A stretch of DNA of 62,609 bases, the filler included, from Stramenopiles sp. TOSAG23-2 (lineage: Eukaryota), in NCBI GenBank assembly GCA_900128395.1. It is 2 parts of 2 records of this genome, joined end to end, with 100 filler letters (N's around TTAATTAATTAA, not from the genome) between each part and the next. Parts side by side here need not be neighbours in the genome. Positions count along the whole stretch, not along the records: positions 1 to 31,285 come from LT649373.1; 1 more part is not named here. One strand, 5' to 3'. Shown in pieces: positions 1-11,707 of the stretch (position 1 is its first letter; each line of letters opens with the position of its first letter). Below the pieces are notes generated by a model that did no database searches, was not told where the DNA came from, and saw only the letters and a list, made by a program, of their open reading frames with translations. Both the position numbers and the translations under genes were made by a program.

Positions 1-372
1 CTATCCTTTAATCTTGATTTGGTTCTTGGAGATTTTAAATATACTTTTATATTTTTAAAAAAAGATAATAAATAATAATAAATCATCTATCTATTTTTAC
101 AACGTTTTTTTTTTTGCTGCTGTTGTTGTTTTTTCATATTCACATCAATGGTGATGCAATGCTAATGCTTGCCTGGACTGCCACTGCTTTGGCCTGGAAT
201 TGCTGTTGTGTAGTGTTATATTTTTAAGCGGCAAACTTTGTATAATGCTATATGCATGCTAGCTCATTTATAGACGAGTCGTCGCGTCTAATAGGTGATT
301 GATTTATTTATTATGATACACTAATTAATATATATTATGAGAGATATATATATTTTTAGTTTATAAATATAT

Positions 373-3300
373 TTATTTTGACAATGCATTACGCACATCT
401 TCATTCAATTGACCAAAAGATTGCATTAATTTATCTTGTGGTAAATTGCTTGATAATGATTTCAATAATTGTTTTGCACTTGCAATGCCTTTCTCACCTA
501 GCAATGGTAATGGTTTGTCATCTATCTCGTAACTTTCATGTCTTGCCCCTAATAAGGCTACACCAACTATGTGTAATACTTTAGTCAAATTTGCAAAATT
601 TGGACCGGTTAAATGTACATTGTTTTTCATAATTTCATCGATGAACATTTTATGCACAACTTGTGCTTCTAATGTGTCACCATCTGGATGATTCAATGGC
701 AACCATGACATCCATAGTGGCCAGAATTTCTCCGGTGTAGCAACTTGAGGATATTTTAGAATTAATTTAGCAATTGCTGAAATAGAATTATTTGTAGCTT
801 GCCAATGTTTTCCACCATCTTCTTGTTTCACCCAATGTTCCGTCACTTGAACCAATCCCATCAATGCTTTTTGTGCAAATGGTGCAAAATGTTCACCACC
901 GAATTCGACAAAAATACCAAGACCATACACAGCAGCTTGTCTCAATTGATGATCTGGATCCATACCACATTGTAAAATTATATCAAATGTTGGTGGAATG
1001 TATTTCGCAGCGTCTGGGCCGCAAAATTCAACTACATCATCAACGAAACATACTCCAGCTTGTCTTATACTTGGAATTCGACTTTGGACTAGTTCATTTA
1101 CAAATGGCGCAATATGACTTTCAAAAAATGGTAAGAAATTTGCTTGGTGGGATTTAATCATGCAACCAATCACTTCAATCAGTGCCACGCAAAGTTCAAA
1201 TTCCTTTTGTGTAAATGCATTGATTTCCTCGATTGCTTCTTCATCAAAATCCTCATCTTGCTCTGCCTTTGCATATGCAGCATTTCGACGTTTTACGCTA
1301 GAATTCAATATTGCAATGATTTGCGTTAAAAATGTTCCTAAATCACTTACTTGGATGCCAATTAATGGTGGATTAAATCCAGTCCTACTAGTGGCACTAT
1401 CCCCCCCACTTTCATACGCAATTTGACTAATTTCACACATAGATTGACATAGTACTCCACGTGTATCCTCATGCGATTCTCCCTTCGTTACATCTAATAA
1501 AATTTTTAACATTTCATAAAATAAAGTTTGACCTTCTTGCATATTTTGTGATCGTTTCTTTAATGCTTCGATGGTAATTCTCAACAGACTTGGAAGCGTA
1601 GCAGCGGCACTACTACGAACGGCACCATTGACAGCAGTTTTGATGGTTGGGTATAAATGCTCACATGTATCTTTTATGTATGGTACATATGCATCTTTTA
1701 AATACGTAATCATCTCAAGCAATACATCCGTTGCCATGATTTTCTCTTGCAACGCATGGGTATTAACGCCAACGACACGATCATCATGTCCAGCCAATTG
1801 TACTGCTAATCGTACATAAGCTTCATTTGATTCTTGCTCTTCAACATCACCACTTTCTATGACTATCTCCGTCGCAAGCAATGCTTTGAAAATTTTAGGT
1901 AAAATATGTTGTAAATAAGGTACAAAATCTGCTCCTAAACATTCACACACTCGAACACAACCTTGTAATAAATATTCGTTCCCTACACGTCCTTCTGCAT
2001 CATCGGGGCTATTTAATATACGTAGAAATTCTGCCATAACATCTTTCACGAATGGGGCAAAACGCTCTTTACCAACCGATGTACCGATAAACCCGATGCA
2101 CTCAACTGCGCGTCCTCGTACATTAACGTTCTCCTCTGTTGCTGGTAATTTCAAAACATCGATTGCTAATGGCATGAATACGTTGAAATAAGGTTCAAAT
2201 TTTTCTCCAATAACACTTGTAATTGATGAAATCGTAGTCAAAGCATCTTCTTTTGTTTTTGTTTTGCCTTGTTTTACTAATTGAAATAATCCTTCCAATG
2301 CTGGTTGCAAATGTGGCAACAATAACTCTTCGCGACATACACCACCATCACAAATCACTAATAGTGATTTTGAGGCACAATGTTTCAACTTTTCGCAGAC
2401 GTCCGCGCCATTTAATTGATTGACCAATGTTGGTATTACGGCTTTACAACATTTATTTTGGAAATCGCCTTTGAAATCCATGGCAAACTGGCCTAAACAA
2501 TGCAATGCTGCATAACGTACGCGAAAATGTTGATCCTTTGTAAATTGCAAAACACCTTGTGTTAAATTTGGCAACATTGGTTTCATAATTTTCTGGCATC
2601 CTTCCGAAATCAATGCCAACGCAGTCAAACCAGCGCGTCTTAATTTCCAATCTTGCGATCCTAATGCCATTTCGATTTTTGGCATGATTTGTGGAAACAA
2701 TGCATTGCCACCAATAGAATTTGCAAATCTATCTAAACTTTGTTCCCCACATATTGCTAACTCATCATCATCTGAACTGTCACCAAATTGTGATTCTAAT
2801 TTTGAATTTGCCCACGTATCGAAATCTTCTTCAACTAACACTGCGCATGCTTGCAACAATGCAGTTGCAAATTCCCCGATTAAATCTTTTCGCTTACGGA
2901 CCATGCCCCCTGCTTGTTCCGCTAAGCCTAGGATAAATTCCATTGCCATCATCTGTACATCTTCATTAATCATCTCCACATCTTTACCGACAAGAGACAC
3001 CATTGCTTTCCATACAGATTCTAAATTACCACGCCAAAATGTTGGCTTGGACTCTGCAATTATCACCATCGATTCAATCGCACCAACTGCTAATTCTGGA
3101 TCATCCGAGTTACTTAAAACAATGGACAATGTGGACATTAATCCAGGGATAAGTTGTTCGAACATTTTCAATTCTTCTGGTTTTTGCAAAAGGACAATAA
3201 ATGCACTTGTACTACGCAATGCTGCCTCTTTTACTTTCACTTGTTTATCACTTAAACCACTTTGACACATTGTGAAAAAAGATTGTGTATGATCTAATAA

Positions 3301-3951
3301 CGATCCAGGGATACTATCTGTTAAATGTAATAGTAACTCATGTCCCGTAAATCTACATTCAGCATCTTGGTGACTAGCAAGGTTTGCTAATGTTGGCAAC
3401 AAGTCAGGCCATGCCGTATTAATTTTTTGTTCTTTTTGTCGTTGTGCGTTAATTAACATTTCCATAATTTGTTCTTCATCCAAACCATTTTTTTCTGCCT
3501 CTTCTGATAAATATTGTTCCTCTTGGTCTGTTAATGGCACTGGTGCTGTAATCGACGCTGTGAAATTAGTAATGCATGCGCATACTTTTTTTCGAAGAGA
3601 TGCTGGTCTCTTTGGGTTCAAACACATGATTAATGCTTTTTTAATTTCCTCCTTGACATTATCTGGAACACTTCCTAAGGCGGAAAACCCTAGTTGTCTA
3701 CGTAATAAAACTGCAGCTAAATCAAGAAGTTGTGGTGGTGTATCATCTGATAACAATACACGTGTAATTTCACTAACAACCCCGACTGGATCCTGTTTCT
3801 TCAATGCTTCATATGTAGCTTCAGCTTGCTTTCTTTGATCGTTATTTGGTGAGATCAAAGATGGAAATAATTGGTTTAATACAGCAGCAACATTGACATT
3901 ACCATTTACAGCAGTTGGTGAACTTGCACCATTTGCAGAAAAAGCAGACAT
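373..3951 (-). CDS. IPO5: Importin-5 / karyopherin beta-3 (Kap121-like), HEAT-repeat nuclear import receptor
   Basis: 1192-aa helical ORF. N-terminal 'L.SPNNDQRKQAE..Y..L...LAAVLLRR', 'DWKLRRAGLTAL..ISEGC', 'D.HFRVRYAALHCLGQFA.DF', 'LRQAAVYGLG' and 'ATNNSISAIAK' match the importin-5 pattern. Confidence 0.9.
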   Translation of the reverse strand: MSAFSANGASSPTAVNGNVNVAAVLNQLFPSLISPNNDQRKQAEATYEALKKQDPVGVVSEITRVLLSDDTPPQLLDLAAVLLRRQLGFSALGSVPDNVKEEIKKALIMCLNPKRPASLRKKVCACITNFTASITAPVPLTDQEEQYLSEEAEKNGLDEEQIMEMLINAQRQKEQKINTAWPDLLPTLANLASHQDAECRFTGHELLLHLTDSIPGSLLDHTQSFFTMCQSGLSDKQVKVKEAALRSTSAFIVLLQKPEELKMFEQLIPGLMSTLSIVLSNSDDPELAVGAIESMVIIAESKPTFWRGNLESVWKAMVSLVGKDVEMINEDVQMMAMEFILGLAEQAGGMVRKRKDLIGEFATALLQACAVLVEEDFDTWANSKLESQFGDSSDDDELAICGEQSLDRFANSIGGNALFPQIMPKIEMALGSQDWKLRRAGLTALALISEGCQKIMKPMLPNLTQGVLQFTKDQHFRVRYAALHCLGQFAMDFKGDFQNKCCKAVIPTLVNQLNGADVCEKLKHCASKSLLVICDGGVCREELLLPHLQPALEGLFQLVKQGKTKTKEDALTTISSITSVIGEKFEPYFNVFMPLAIDVLKLPATEENVNVRGRAVECIGFIGTSVGKERFAPFVKDVMAEFLRILNSPDDAEGRVGNEYLLQGCVRVCECLGADFVPYLQHILPKIFKALLATEIVIESGDVEEQESNEAYVRLAVQLAGHDDRVVGVNTHALQEKIMATDVLLEMITYLKDAYVPYIKDTCEHLYPTIKTAVNGAVRSSAAATLPSLLRITIEALKKRSQNMQEGQTLFYEMLKILLDVTKGESHEDTRGVLCQSMCEISQIAYESGGDSATSRTGFNPPLIGIQVSDLGTFLTQIIAILNSSVKRRNAAYAKAEQDEDFDEEAIEEINAFTQKEFELCVALIEVIGCMIKSHQANFLPFFESHIAPFVNELVQSRIPSIRQAGVCFVDDVVEFCGPDAAKYIPPTFDIILQCGMDPDHQLRQAAVYGLGIFVEFGGEHFAPFAQKALMGLVQVTEHWVKQEDGGKHWQATNNSISAIAKLILKYPQVATPEKFWPLWMSWLPLNHPDGDTLEAQVVHKMFIDEIMKNNVHLTGPNFANLTKVLHIVGVALLGARHESYEIDDKPLPLLGEKGIASAKQLLKSLSSNLPQDKLMQSFGQLNEDVRNALSK

Positions 3952-4294
3952 TATTTTTTATATAAATATTGGAAATTATTAATTAAGAAAAAAATACGAA
4001 AAATAAATTTTCAAAATATAATTGCTAGAAAAAAGTATAAAAACTAGAATGAACTTTTGTATTAGTAGAAGAATAATATAATTATCTGTATGCTTCTTAA
4101 ATGATTTTATGTGTGTATCCTTTGCATCCACGTTAACAAGCATCTATATTTTCTTGTTTCAAGTGGATTGGATGGCCACTGGTGCTCCAGGAATTGTGAG
4201 GAAGATTTTGCACCACGAATGCTATTTACCTGCTATCCTTGGCTTGCTGTGCTCATGGTTTACATCTTTCTAACCCTAACCACAAAACGAGGTA

Positions 4295-4382
4295 GCAATG
4301 CTGTGTGCATCATACAGTGCTGTGTTCATATTATATACATTGTTTGAGATGGCAATGCTGTGTGCATGATACAGTGCTGTGT
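4295..4382. repeat. 31-bp imperfect direct repeat (2 copies) in the IPO5/eIF3m divergent intergenic region
   Basis: gcaatgctgtgtgcat(c/g)atacagtgctgtgt at 4295-4325 and 4352-4382, one mismatch. Confidence 0.8.
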
Positions 4383-4553
4383 ACCTTCAATAATTATTCT
4401 ATGGTTGAGAAAGCACATCACTTCTTGTCAATAATACATATCTATCTTTATATAAAAAATATGAATGGAACGAAATCATATTAGATAGATAGATGCATAC
4501 AAACAGGAAGTCTGATAACACACAAGAACAAGGAAAACAAAGAACAATAAACC

Positions 4554-5720
4554 ATGAGTTCACTTGTAGAATTAGAAGAGACGTCGCAAATCGGTAAGAA
4601 ATTATTAAGTTTTGTGAATGTTGGAGATGATGCTATTAAAAAACAATGTAAAGAAGCATTGAAAAAAAAACAATATAATACCTTTATTGGTGTACTTGTA
4701 TCGTCAAATGCATTATTTAACAAACCTGATAGTACTGATGTGGAAAATATATTTAATATCATATCGCACATGTTGCGCTCAAACGTTAGCCAAGATGACC
4801 AAGTTGCATTGATAAAACTATTGTGCGAAACCGTTACCAATAGTCAAGACCGTACAAAGTTAAGATTACGTATATTATGTAGTTTGTATAATTTAATGGA
4901 TGGACAAACAGAAGGCCGTACACAAATTGCTATACGTATATTAAAATATGCAAAAGAATCTAAGCAAGTATCATTGATTTCGCAAAGTGTCAGCACCATC
5001 GTTTCGCAAATAGAATCTAGCAAGGCTAGCAAAGATGATGTGCGTGAAATATATTATTTAGGATATTTAGCAATGGAAAGCCATCAAGCTTTGGAGGAAG
5101 CACAACAATTATTAATTAAATATTTAACAACATATGAAGGGGAAAGCGAAAGTGTAATGGGTAGTATTAAAGAACGTGCTGCAACAGGAGTTGTTGGTGC
5201 CATCAAAGCACCATTTTTATCATTCACGGGATCAAAACGCAGTCGTATCAGCACACTATCTGCTGTCCTTCAATTAAAAAACGATCCAAAATTTGCACCT
5301 TTGTATAATTTATTAGGTATTTTTATGCATGGTGATATGGCAGAATTTTCTGAATTTATTAAAAATAATAAATCCGCATTAGAAAATTTTGGTTTTGATG
5401 AATCTGTATGTACAGAAAAAATGAGATTACTTACATTATGTTCCATAGCTGCTGGTGTACATGAATTGAATTATTCTACCGTAGCAAAAGAATTGCAAGT
5501 ATCTGAAGATAGTGTAGAAGATTGGATTATACAAGCTATAATGGAAAAGTTAATTGAAGCGAAATTAGATCAAGTACGACAAATTGTTGTTGTAAATCGT
5601 GCCATGCCACGTACATTTGGTGATCAACAATGGGAAAGTTTGAATAAAAAATTAAATGATTGGAAAACAAACGTGAAACAATTATTAAATATTGTTCAAT
5701 CCAGCGCACCAATGCAATAA
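4554..5720 (+). CDS. EIF3M: Eukaryotic translation initiation factor 3 subunit M (PCI domain)
   Basis: 388 aa. 'KLRLRILCSLYN' and a C-terminal PCI region 'EKMRLLTLCS...VEDWIIQAI..KLIEAKLDQ.RQIVVV...RTFGDQQW..L..KL..WK'. Confidence 0.85.
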   Translation: MSSLVELEETSQIGKKLLSFVNVGDDAIKKQCKEALKKKQYNTFIGVLVSSNALFNKPDSTDVENIFNIISHMLRSNVSQDDQVALIKLLCETVTNSQDRTKLRLRILCSLYNLMDGQTEGRTQIAIRILKYAKESKQVSLISQSVSTIVSQIESSKASKDDVREIYYLGYLAMESHQALEEAQQLLIKYLTTYEGESESVMGSIKERAATGVVGAIKAPFLSFTGSKRSRISTLSAVLQLKNDPKFAPLYNLLGIFMHGDMAEFSEFIKNNKSALENFGFDESVCTEKMRLLTLCSIAAGVHELNYSTVAKELQVSEDSVEDWIIQAIMEKLIEAKLDQVRQIVVVNRAMPRTFGDQQWESLNKKLNDWKTNVKQLLNIVQSSAPMQ

Positions 5721-6086
5721 ATAAATGTTCAAACAAGACAGTATATCTAATGGGAAGAGAGAGAGGGGGGGGGAAGTTATACATGTATAACATATTTTGT
5801 GGTAGGTGCGTGTGTTTGTTGGGGTGATTGTATGGCTATAGTCGTCTAAAATGTTTATATATATTTTTAATTTTACCAGCCAGGCCAGTATTTATATTTC
5901 ATTACAACAAGTATGTTTATGTTAGGCCGGGCTGGAATAAAAAACTACCTCCTTTCAATCAAAATCCAGTACAAATTATAGTACTCTAAGGAACGTATTA
6001 ATAGGAAGCTTTTGGCGGGCGGCAAAAAAATGACAAGCAAAAAAAAAAAAAAAAAAAAAAAACAAAAACAACAAAATGAATTTAAA

Positions 6087-6135
6087 NNNNNNNNNNNNNN
6101 NNNNNNNNNNNNNNNNNNNNNNNNNNNNNNNNNNN
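6087..6135. other. Assembly gap (N run) flanked by poly-A and duplicated low-quality sequence
   Basis: Run of N; 'aaaacaacaaaatgaatttaaa' occurs on both sides. Confidence 0.95.
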
Positions 6136-6485
6136 CTAACCTAAACCCGCATCAAAAAAAAAAAAAAAGAAAAAAAAAAAAAAAAAAAAAGAAAAAAATC
6201 AAAAACAACAAAATGAATTTAAATTAGAACACATACATAGCACCATACAGGATATAACCAAATCATCAGTATAATTTGAATATAGTTAGAAAGAAGAAAC
6301 ATTATACATATATATTTACGTATTCGAAACGTGTAACAATTACGTATATATAAACAGATATATATTGTATCAAATTTATATATTTATATACTAGATACTT
6401 TGGTAAAAGAAATTTAAAAATAAGTACTATATTTTGAATTTATTTTGTTAGTTTTAGCATATATATCTTGTTAAAGCGGGAAAAA

Positions 6486-9400
6486 ATGATGATGATGCCA
6501 ATGGATGGTGGGTCTGCGTCGTCCAATAATAGTAGCACAACCACCACCACCACCACTACTACCACTACTTCTGGTAGAAAACGTCGCAACAATGGTAGTA
6601 TTGATTTAACCGATGATAACGATGTAACAGTAGCTAATTTGGATGAAATACAATTTCCATGGAGAGTTGGATCTGTGAAAGGTATTTATATGTCAGATTT
6701 TTTAACATATCATCAAAATGTTAAAGTAGATTTTGGAACCAGGGTGAACCTTGTCATTGGACCAAATGGAAATGGTAAATCATCGATCGTGTGTGCAATT
6801 ATGATTGGTTTAAATGGTAAAATAAAAACATTGGATCGTGGGGACGATATAACTTCGTTCATTCGCAACAAAGAAACGCATGACGAGACAGAAGTACCAC
6901 AAGCAACACTGATGATCGAATTAGTAGGTTCAAAAGATCATGGAGAACATAGACGAGTTTTTATTAAATGTGTGATATCTCGTGAAAAAAAGACAAGTAT
7001 ATTTTATATGAATAGGAATGCTTTCGAAGAAATGAACATCCTCAATGTATGGAATGAAAAAAAGGGAGAAAAAAAGCATGAGTTTGTAAATGCTGATAAA
7101 ACGAAGGAGAATATCATCATGAAAAAAGTGAATAAAGGAGAGGTTACTAATCTAGTTCGTGACATTTTTCACATTGATTTAGGTAATGTATGTCAGTTTC
7201 TTCCCCAACAAGCTGTTAGGGATTTTACTAGTTGTAACTCAAAAGAACTATTGAGACGAACAGTTGAATCCATTTTAGGCAAAGATATGATAGAAGAGCA
7301 ACAAGAATTAGCAAGAACACAAGAAGCCAGAAGTACAGAGAATTTGGAATTGGAAAATCTTGAAGACAACTTGGGAAATAAGCAAAGAGAGGCTGACTCA
7401 TTGGAAGAAAAGATCGATACAGTGAAACGTATTCAAGCTGATCGCAAGCGATTGGAATTAATGAAAATGAAAGTAGGTTGGTTAAGATTTTTCGGATGTC
7501 GAAATGAACTTGGTCGTACAAAAGAGGATATGAAGAAGCTTGAAGAGCAGCTTGTGGCATTAAAGAAAGAATTAGAGCCTCAAGAGAAGACATTGAAGAA
7601 AGAGGAAAAGGCACTTAAATATATTGAAAAGAAAAAGCAAGAACCATTGACTAAACAAAAAAATCAATCGAAAGCGCAATTGAAGCGGTTAAAGGATCGA
7701 ATTCAACGTGCAAATGATAAGTTTGAAGATACAAAGAATGATATCGAAAATTTAGAAACGAAACGCAATCAACGGAATACAAAGATGCAACAGTACAAAC
7801 AAGCAATTGAAGAGAAAAAAATTGAATTGTCTGGTTTGGACGATCTGAATGAACTACAAGGTAATGTGAATAATATCGAAAAACAAAGGAGAGCATTGAA
7901 TCATAAAGTTAGTAGCGAGGAACAAAAAATTGAAGATCTTCAAGATCAAATTCAAAACATTGAACGCGATATAAATAAACACAAAAGAACAATGGAGCAG
8001 ATTAAAAATGTACATACCGAGAAATTGACGAAGTGTTTCCAACAGGATCGAAGTGGTGGTAATGTTAAAAGAGCATTTGATATTTTAAGAAACTTAAAAC
8101 AGGAAAATAAACTTCATGGTGTAGTGAATGGCCCGCTTGCTGCTGAAATAACATGTACTGGCAGGCCAGATGTTCTTGAAAATGTTATTGGCAGAAGATA
8201 TATCAATGCATTTATCTTTACGGATCGAAGGGATGTAGATTTGTTATTTCGTACAAATAAACCAGTTGCGGACAAAATTACATATATAATGACGCCAAAC
8301 ATAATTACCCCAGATCACCCATTCAATCCAACAAACATTAATGGTGTATCGTTGAAATTTGCAGATCAGTTATTAATTGAGCCAAAACGAGAAATTTTAT
8401 CAGCACTATGTGGTAATACTAAAATTTCAAACACACTTATCGGTGACGAAAATGCTCAAAAGGAAGTTGACAATCAAAATCGACCATTGATACATGTTAT
8501 ATCCCAACGTTATGGTGGTAATAAAGGATTTGTTTTGTTTACAGATAAATTTAGACATCAAGTAAGATATAATAATTTATTTCGTGGCACAACAGCTGAA
8601 CAATCGAAACAATTTGGAAGTAGATATGACAATTTCGGATTAACTAAAAGGGTAGACAAAGAACGATACAATGCTGAAAAGAGGTCTATGATGCAGAAAG
8701 CTCAACAAATTGAAGGTTTGAAGTCACAAATTGCCAGCATTAATGAAACGATTGCACCAATAACTAAACAACGAGCGGAATTGATTATTGAATTGGAAGG
8801 TTTCAAAGGGAAAATCAAGGCGAGAAGAAAATTGGAACAACGTATTGCTAAATGGGAAAGACAAATTGAAGATTTGGTAGGAAGGGATTTCGACAAGGAA
8901 ATTGCGGAATTGAAAGTCAATATGGTTAAGTTTAGTGATGAACAAGTCAAGTTGTTGCAAAAATGGGTAACATATTATAAAGATGAATATATGCCAAAGA
9001 TTGAGGAATTTGGTGCTGTACAATTAGATTACCAATGCCGTAAAATGCATATTGCTGATTTGAAGGATGCATATGAAGTCTCAAAAGTTGCCTATGATGA
9101 TGTTAAACGAAGACGTGATGTTTGTTACGAGCGATTGATCGAATTAAGAGCTCGTGCTAAAAGACTCCTGGCAAAGGCAAAGGAAGTGCTAGAAAATGAG
9201 CAAGATGCCCCAGAAGGGTACAATGAAATTACAAATAGTTTGGATGAACTTGAAGGTATGATTGGGTCGCTTGAATTGACACTTTCAAGAGAAAGATCTA
9301 ATCCACAGCAAGAGAAATACATGATTGAAAAATATGAAAAGCTCAATGAGGAAATTGCCGAGTTAACAAATCAAAGAAACGAGTATGAACATAAACAAAG

Positions 9401-9977
9401 TGCAGCGGAGCAAGAATATATTCAGCAAAAAGATGCTTGGGTGCAAAAAGTTGAAGATTTAGTGCAGAAGATTTCAATCAAGTTTAAAGCAAATATGCAC
9501 GGTATAGGGCATGAAGGAGATGTTGAATTAAAGAAAACAGATCAAATAAAAGACTATGGTGTCTACATGAGAGTTTCGTATTTACCAGGACAACGAGTGA
9601 CACAATTGAATCATTCTCAACACTCTGGTGGTGAAAAACGTGTAGCTACCATTATGTACTTACTTGCGTTACAAAAATTGAATCCAAGTTGTCCTTTGCG
9701 TATTGTAGATGAAATTAACCAAGGAATGGATGCGAAAAATGAACGAAAAGCATTTGCTGCGCTTGTTGAGAATGTATGTGGGAAACAAAATGATGAAAGA
9801 GCACGCAGATCAGGATCGCAATTTTTTGTCATTACGCCAAAATTATTACCAAATTTTGAATATAGACCAGAAGTAACAGTTTTGACTGTCTGCAAGGCTA
9901 AATCAATGATCAGCTCAAAAGGGTGGGATTTGGATGCATTCATTAGAAAGAAAAAGCAAAAAACAAGGGTCACGTAA
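6486..9977 (+). CDS. SMC5: Structural maintenance of chromosomes protein 5
   Basis: Walker A 'NLVIGPNGNGKSSIVCAI', SMC5-typical 'NVCQFLPQ', long coiled coils with a hinge, signature 'SGGEKR', Walker B 'RIVDEINQGMD..NER', 'QFFVITPKLL'. First in-frame ATG at 6486. Confidence 0.93.
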   Translation: MMMMPMDGGSASSNNSSTTTTTTTTTTTSGRKRRNNGSIDLTDDNDVTVANLDEIQFPWRVGSVKGIYMSDFLTYHQNVKVDFGTRVNLVIGPNGNGKSSIVCAIMIGLNGKIKTLDRGDDITSFIRNKETHDETEVPQATLMIELVGSKDHGEHRRVFIKCVISREKKTSIFYMNRNAFEEMNILNVWNEKKGEKKHEFVNADKTKENIIMKKVNKGEVTNLVRDIFHIDLGNVCQFLPQQAVRDFTSCNSKELLRRTVESILGKDMIEEQQELARTQEARSTENLELENLEDNLGNKQREADSLEEKIDTVKRIQADRKRLELMKMKVGWLRFFGCRNELGRTKEDMKKLEEQLVALKKELEPQEKTLKKEEKALKYIEKKKQEPLTKQKNQSKAQLKRLKDRIQRANDKFEDTKNDIENLETKRNQRNTKMQQYKQAIEEKKIELSGLDDLNELQGNVNNIEKQRRALNHKVSSEEQKIEDLQDQIQNIERDINKHKRTMEQIKNVHTEKLTKCFQQDRSGGNVKRAFDILRNLKQENKLHGVVNGPLAAEITCTGRPDVLENVIGRRYINAFIFTDRRDVDLLFRTNKPVADKITYIMTPNIITPDHPFNPTNINGVSLKFADQLLIEPKREILSALCGNTKISNTLIGDENAQKEVDNQNRPLIHVISQRYGGNKGFVLFTDKFRHQVRYNNLFRGTTAEQSKQFGSRYDNFGLTKRVDKERYNAEKRSMMQKAQQIEGLKSQIASINETIAPITKQRAELIIELEGFKGKIKARRKLEQRIAKWERQIEDLVGRDFDKEIAELKVNMVKFSDEQVKLLQKWVTYYKDEYMPKIEEFGAVQLDYQCRKMHIADLKDAYEVSKVAYDDVKRRRDVCYERLIELRARAKRLLAKAKEVLENEQDAPEGYNEITNSLDELEGMIGSLELTLSRERSNPQQEKYMIEKYEKLNEEIAELTNQRNEYEHKQSAAEQEYIQQKDAWVQKVEDLVQKISIKFKANMHGIGHEGDVELKKTDQIKDYGVYMRVSYLPGQRVTQLNHSQHSGGEKRVATIMYLLALQKLNPSCPLRIVDEINQGMDAKNERKAFAALVENVCGKQNDERARRSGSQFFVITPKLLPNFEYRPEVTVLTVCKAKSMISSKGWDLDAFIRKKKQKTRVT

Positions 9978-10872
9978 GAAGAAAACTGCTGTGTATTTTT
10001 AAAAAAACTAATCAATAAAAAAAAATATTACGAACGTTCGTACATACGAAGCGTAATATAAAAGAATGTCATTAAATAGGCCGTAATTACGAAGTGTGTG
10101 GTGTACATATATAATATATATAATTTAATTTACGCATAATTTATTTTTAATTTACTCATGATAATTCCTACTCTTCAAAAGAATAAAATAACTGAAATAA
10201 TCTATCTCACACAAGTGTGTTGATATTCTCATAATCGAAAATACCAATGAAGGTAAATAGATAGTATCAACTACTCATAATAGCTGATGGAAAATGGGCA
10301 TCATAGGAAGGCGGAGAATAAATATAAATATATCATATGACCCACCGGCGATAAGATCCGTACGATTTGGGTAAATACCTTAATAAAACGATTATTATAG
10401 GCGCAAGTTTTAATAATCGCGGTTTGTATATCTCTACACGATATATATATAAAAAATTCTCTTATTTATATATTTTATATTTTATAATATATATATATTT
10501 TATAAAAAATTCTCTTATTCATAAGTTAAAGATTTTATTTTACTCATAATGTTATATTCACTATATATGTGTAACCAACTTGACTACAAACAATTATACA
10601 GCTCCCGATAGTATTAAAGCAGTTTCAGCTGTATTTAAAAAGCGAAAGAAGAAAAAGCAGAGAAAAGGTAATATACGGAAGTCTGCTTTGAAGTAGAATA
10701 AAGTTTTATTTTTTTATAACCACACTATATAAAAAATTCTCTTATTTATATATAAGTTAAAGATTTTATTTTACTCATAATGTTTATATTCACTATATAT
10801 GTGTAGTTACCAGAAATAATTAATACTATTACCTAAACAGAATTGCATTTAAAATGAAAAAGTGTGGAAGAA

Positions 10873-11103
10873 TTATTTATATTGTGTAGATCCCGGGGAA
10901 TCAGGAGGTTTAACTCTCCGCCTGAGCGATGCACTTCTGCTTCTATTATCGATATCAGCACCACCAATTTCAGTTTTTAACCGTCTTTTGTCTAAACGAA
11001 AAATGTCAGACCATATTTCGTAACATTTTAATAGGATAAATATACCTGGTAAAATGGTCATTCGTATCATATCTTCGATATTGATCGGAATTTGAAAAAT
11101 CAC
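10873..11103 (-). pseudogene. Possible 3' gene fragment, cut off upstream by a repeat copy
   Basis: Coding-like 76-aa ORF whose track start is not an ATG; it abuts the repeat at 11138. No recognisable domain. Confidence 0.3.
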
Positions 11104-11137
11104 GAGTAGAAAATACGTAAAAAATTAAAAATATACG

Positions 11138-11198
11138 CCTACTCATGCTTCTTGTATAGAGTATTAGTTTGCAGACGTGCATTAGAGCTTTATACTAT
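11138..11198 (+). repeat. Partial, diverged copy of the ~200-bp interspersed repeat family
   Basis: 'cctactc.atgctt..gtatagagtattagtttgcagacgtgcattagagcttta' matches the core of the copies at 17105, 56303 and 57965. Confidence 0.8.
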
Positions 11199-11707
11199 TA
11201 TACCACCTGGTGGTAGTAGGTATATATAAAGAAATTTATATAATATATGAGTAAGAGAAATAATATATATATATATATATAATTTTATAATTAATGAAAT
11301 ATTATATTTAATATTATTTCAATTATACATTATTATATATATATGTCCAAAAGTATGCACCGATAATTTGTTTTGTTTTTGATAGGAAGTGAATAAATAT
11401 ACAATAGTAAATACGTACTTGCATCAATAATCAATAATACAAGCCAAAGTATACTAATACATCACCGCCGAGAACGTTGGCAACCAAAAATAAATAATAC
11501 CAAAAAATTGCGCATGAAATTAAAATTTATTGCATTTTATACTTTTTTTATACGGAATACAAAATGAATAGAGACAATGTATAGGAAATATATTCAGAAG
11601 AAGAACCAAAAAAAAAAGAATAGGTACATTTAATTATTTTTATTTACCTATATATATATACATATATTATTATTTTGACTGTTGTGTTGTTATATATATT
11701 ATATATA

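Noticed and set aside
4270-4281. ctaaccctaacc (and tagggttt at 39968) as telo-box promoter elements
   Set aside because: Only one or two short occurrences; cannot be separated from chance.
6012-6227. Lys-rich ORF and telomere-like 'ctaacctaaaccc' next to the N gap
   Set aside because: Poly-A, low-quality gap edges; too short and irregular for a telomere array.
6486-9977. SMC ATPase plus methyltransferase as a prokaryotic defence system (Wadjet, Lamassu, restriction-modification)
   Set aside because: Motifs are those of eukaryotic SMC5, the context is eukaryotic housekeeping genes, and there is no operon or nuclease partner.
10150-10440. Minus-strand frame interrupted only by TGA (possible TGA=Trp organellar insert)
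   Set aside because: No recognisable protein, another frame behaves similarly, and TGA is a normal stop in genes here.
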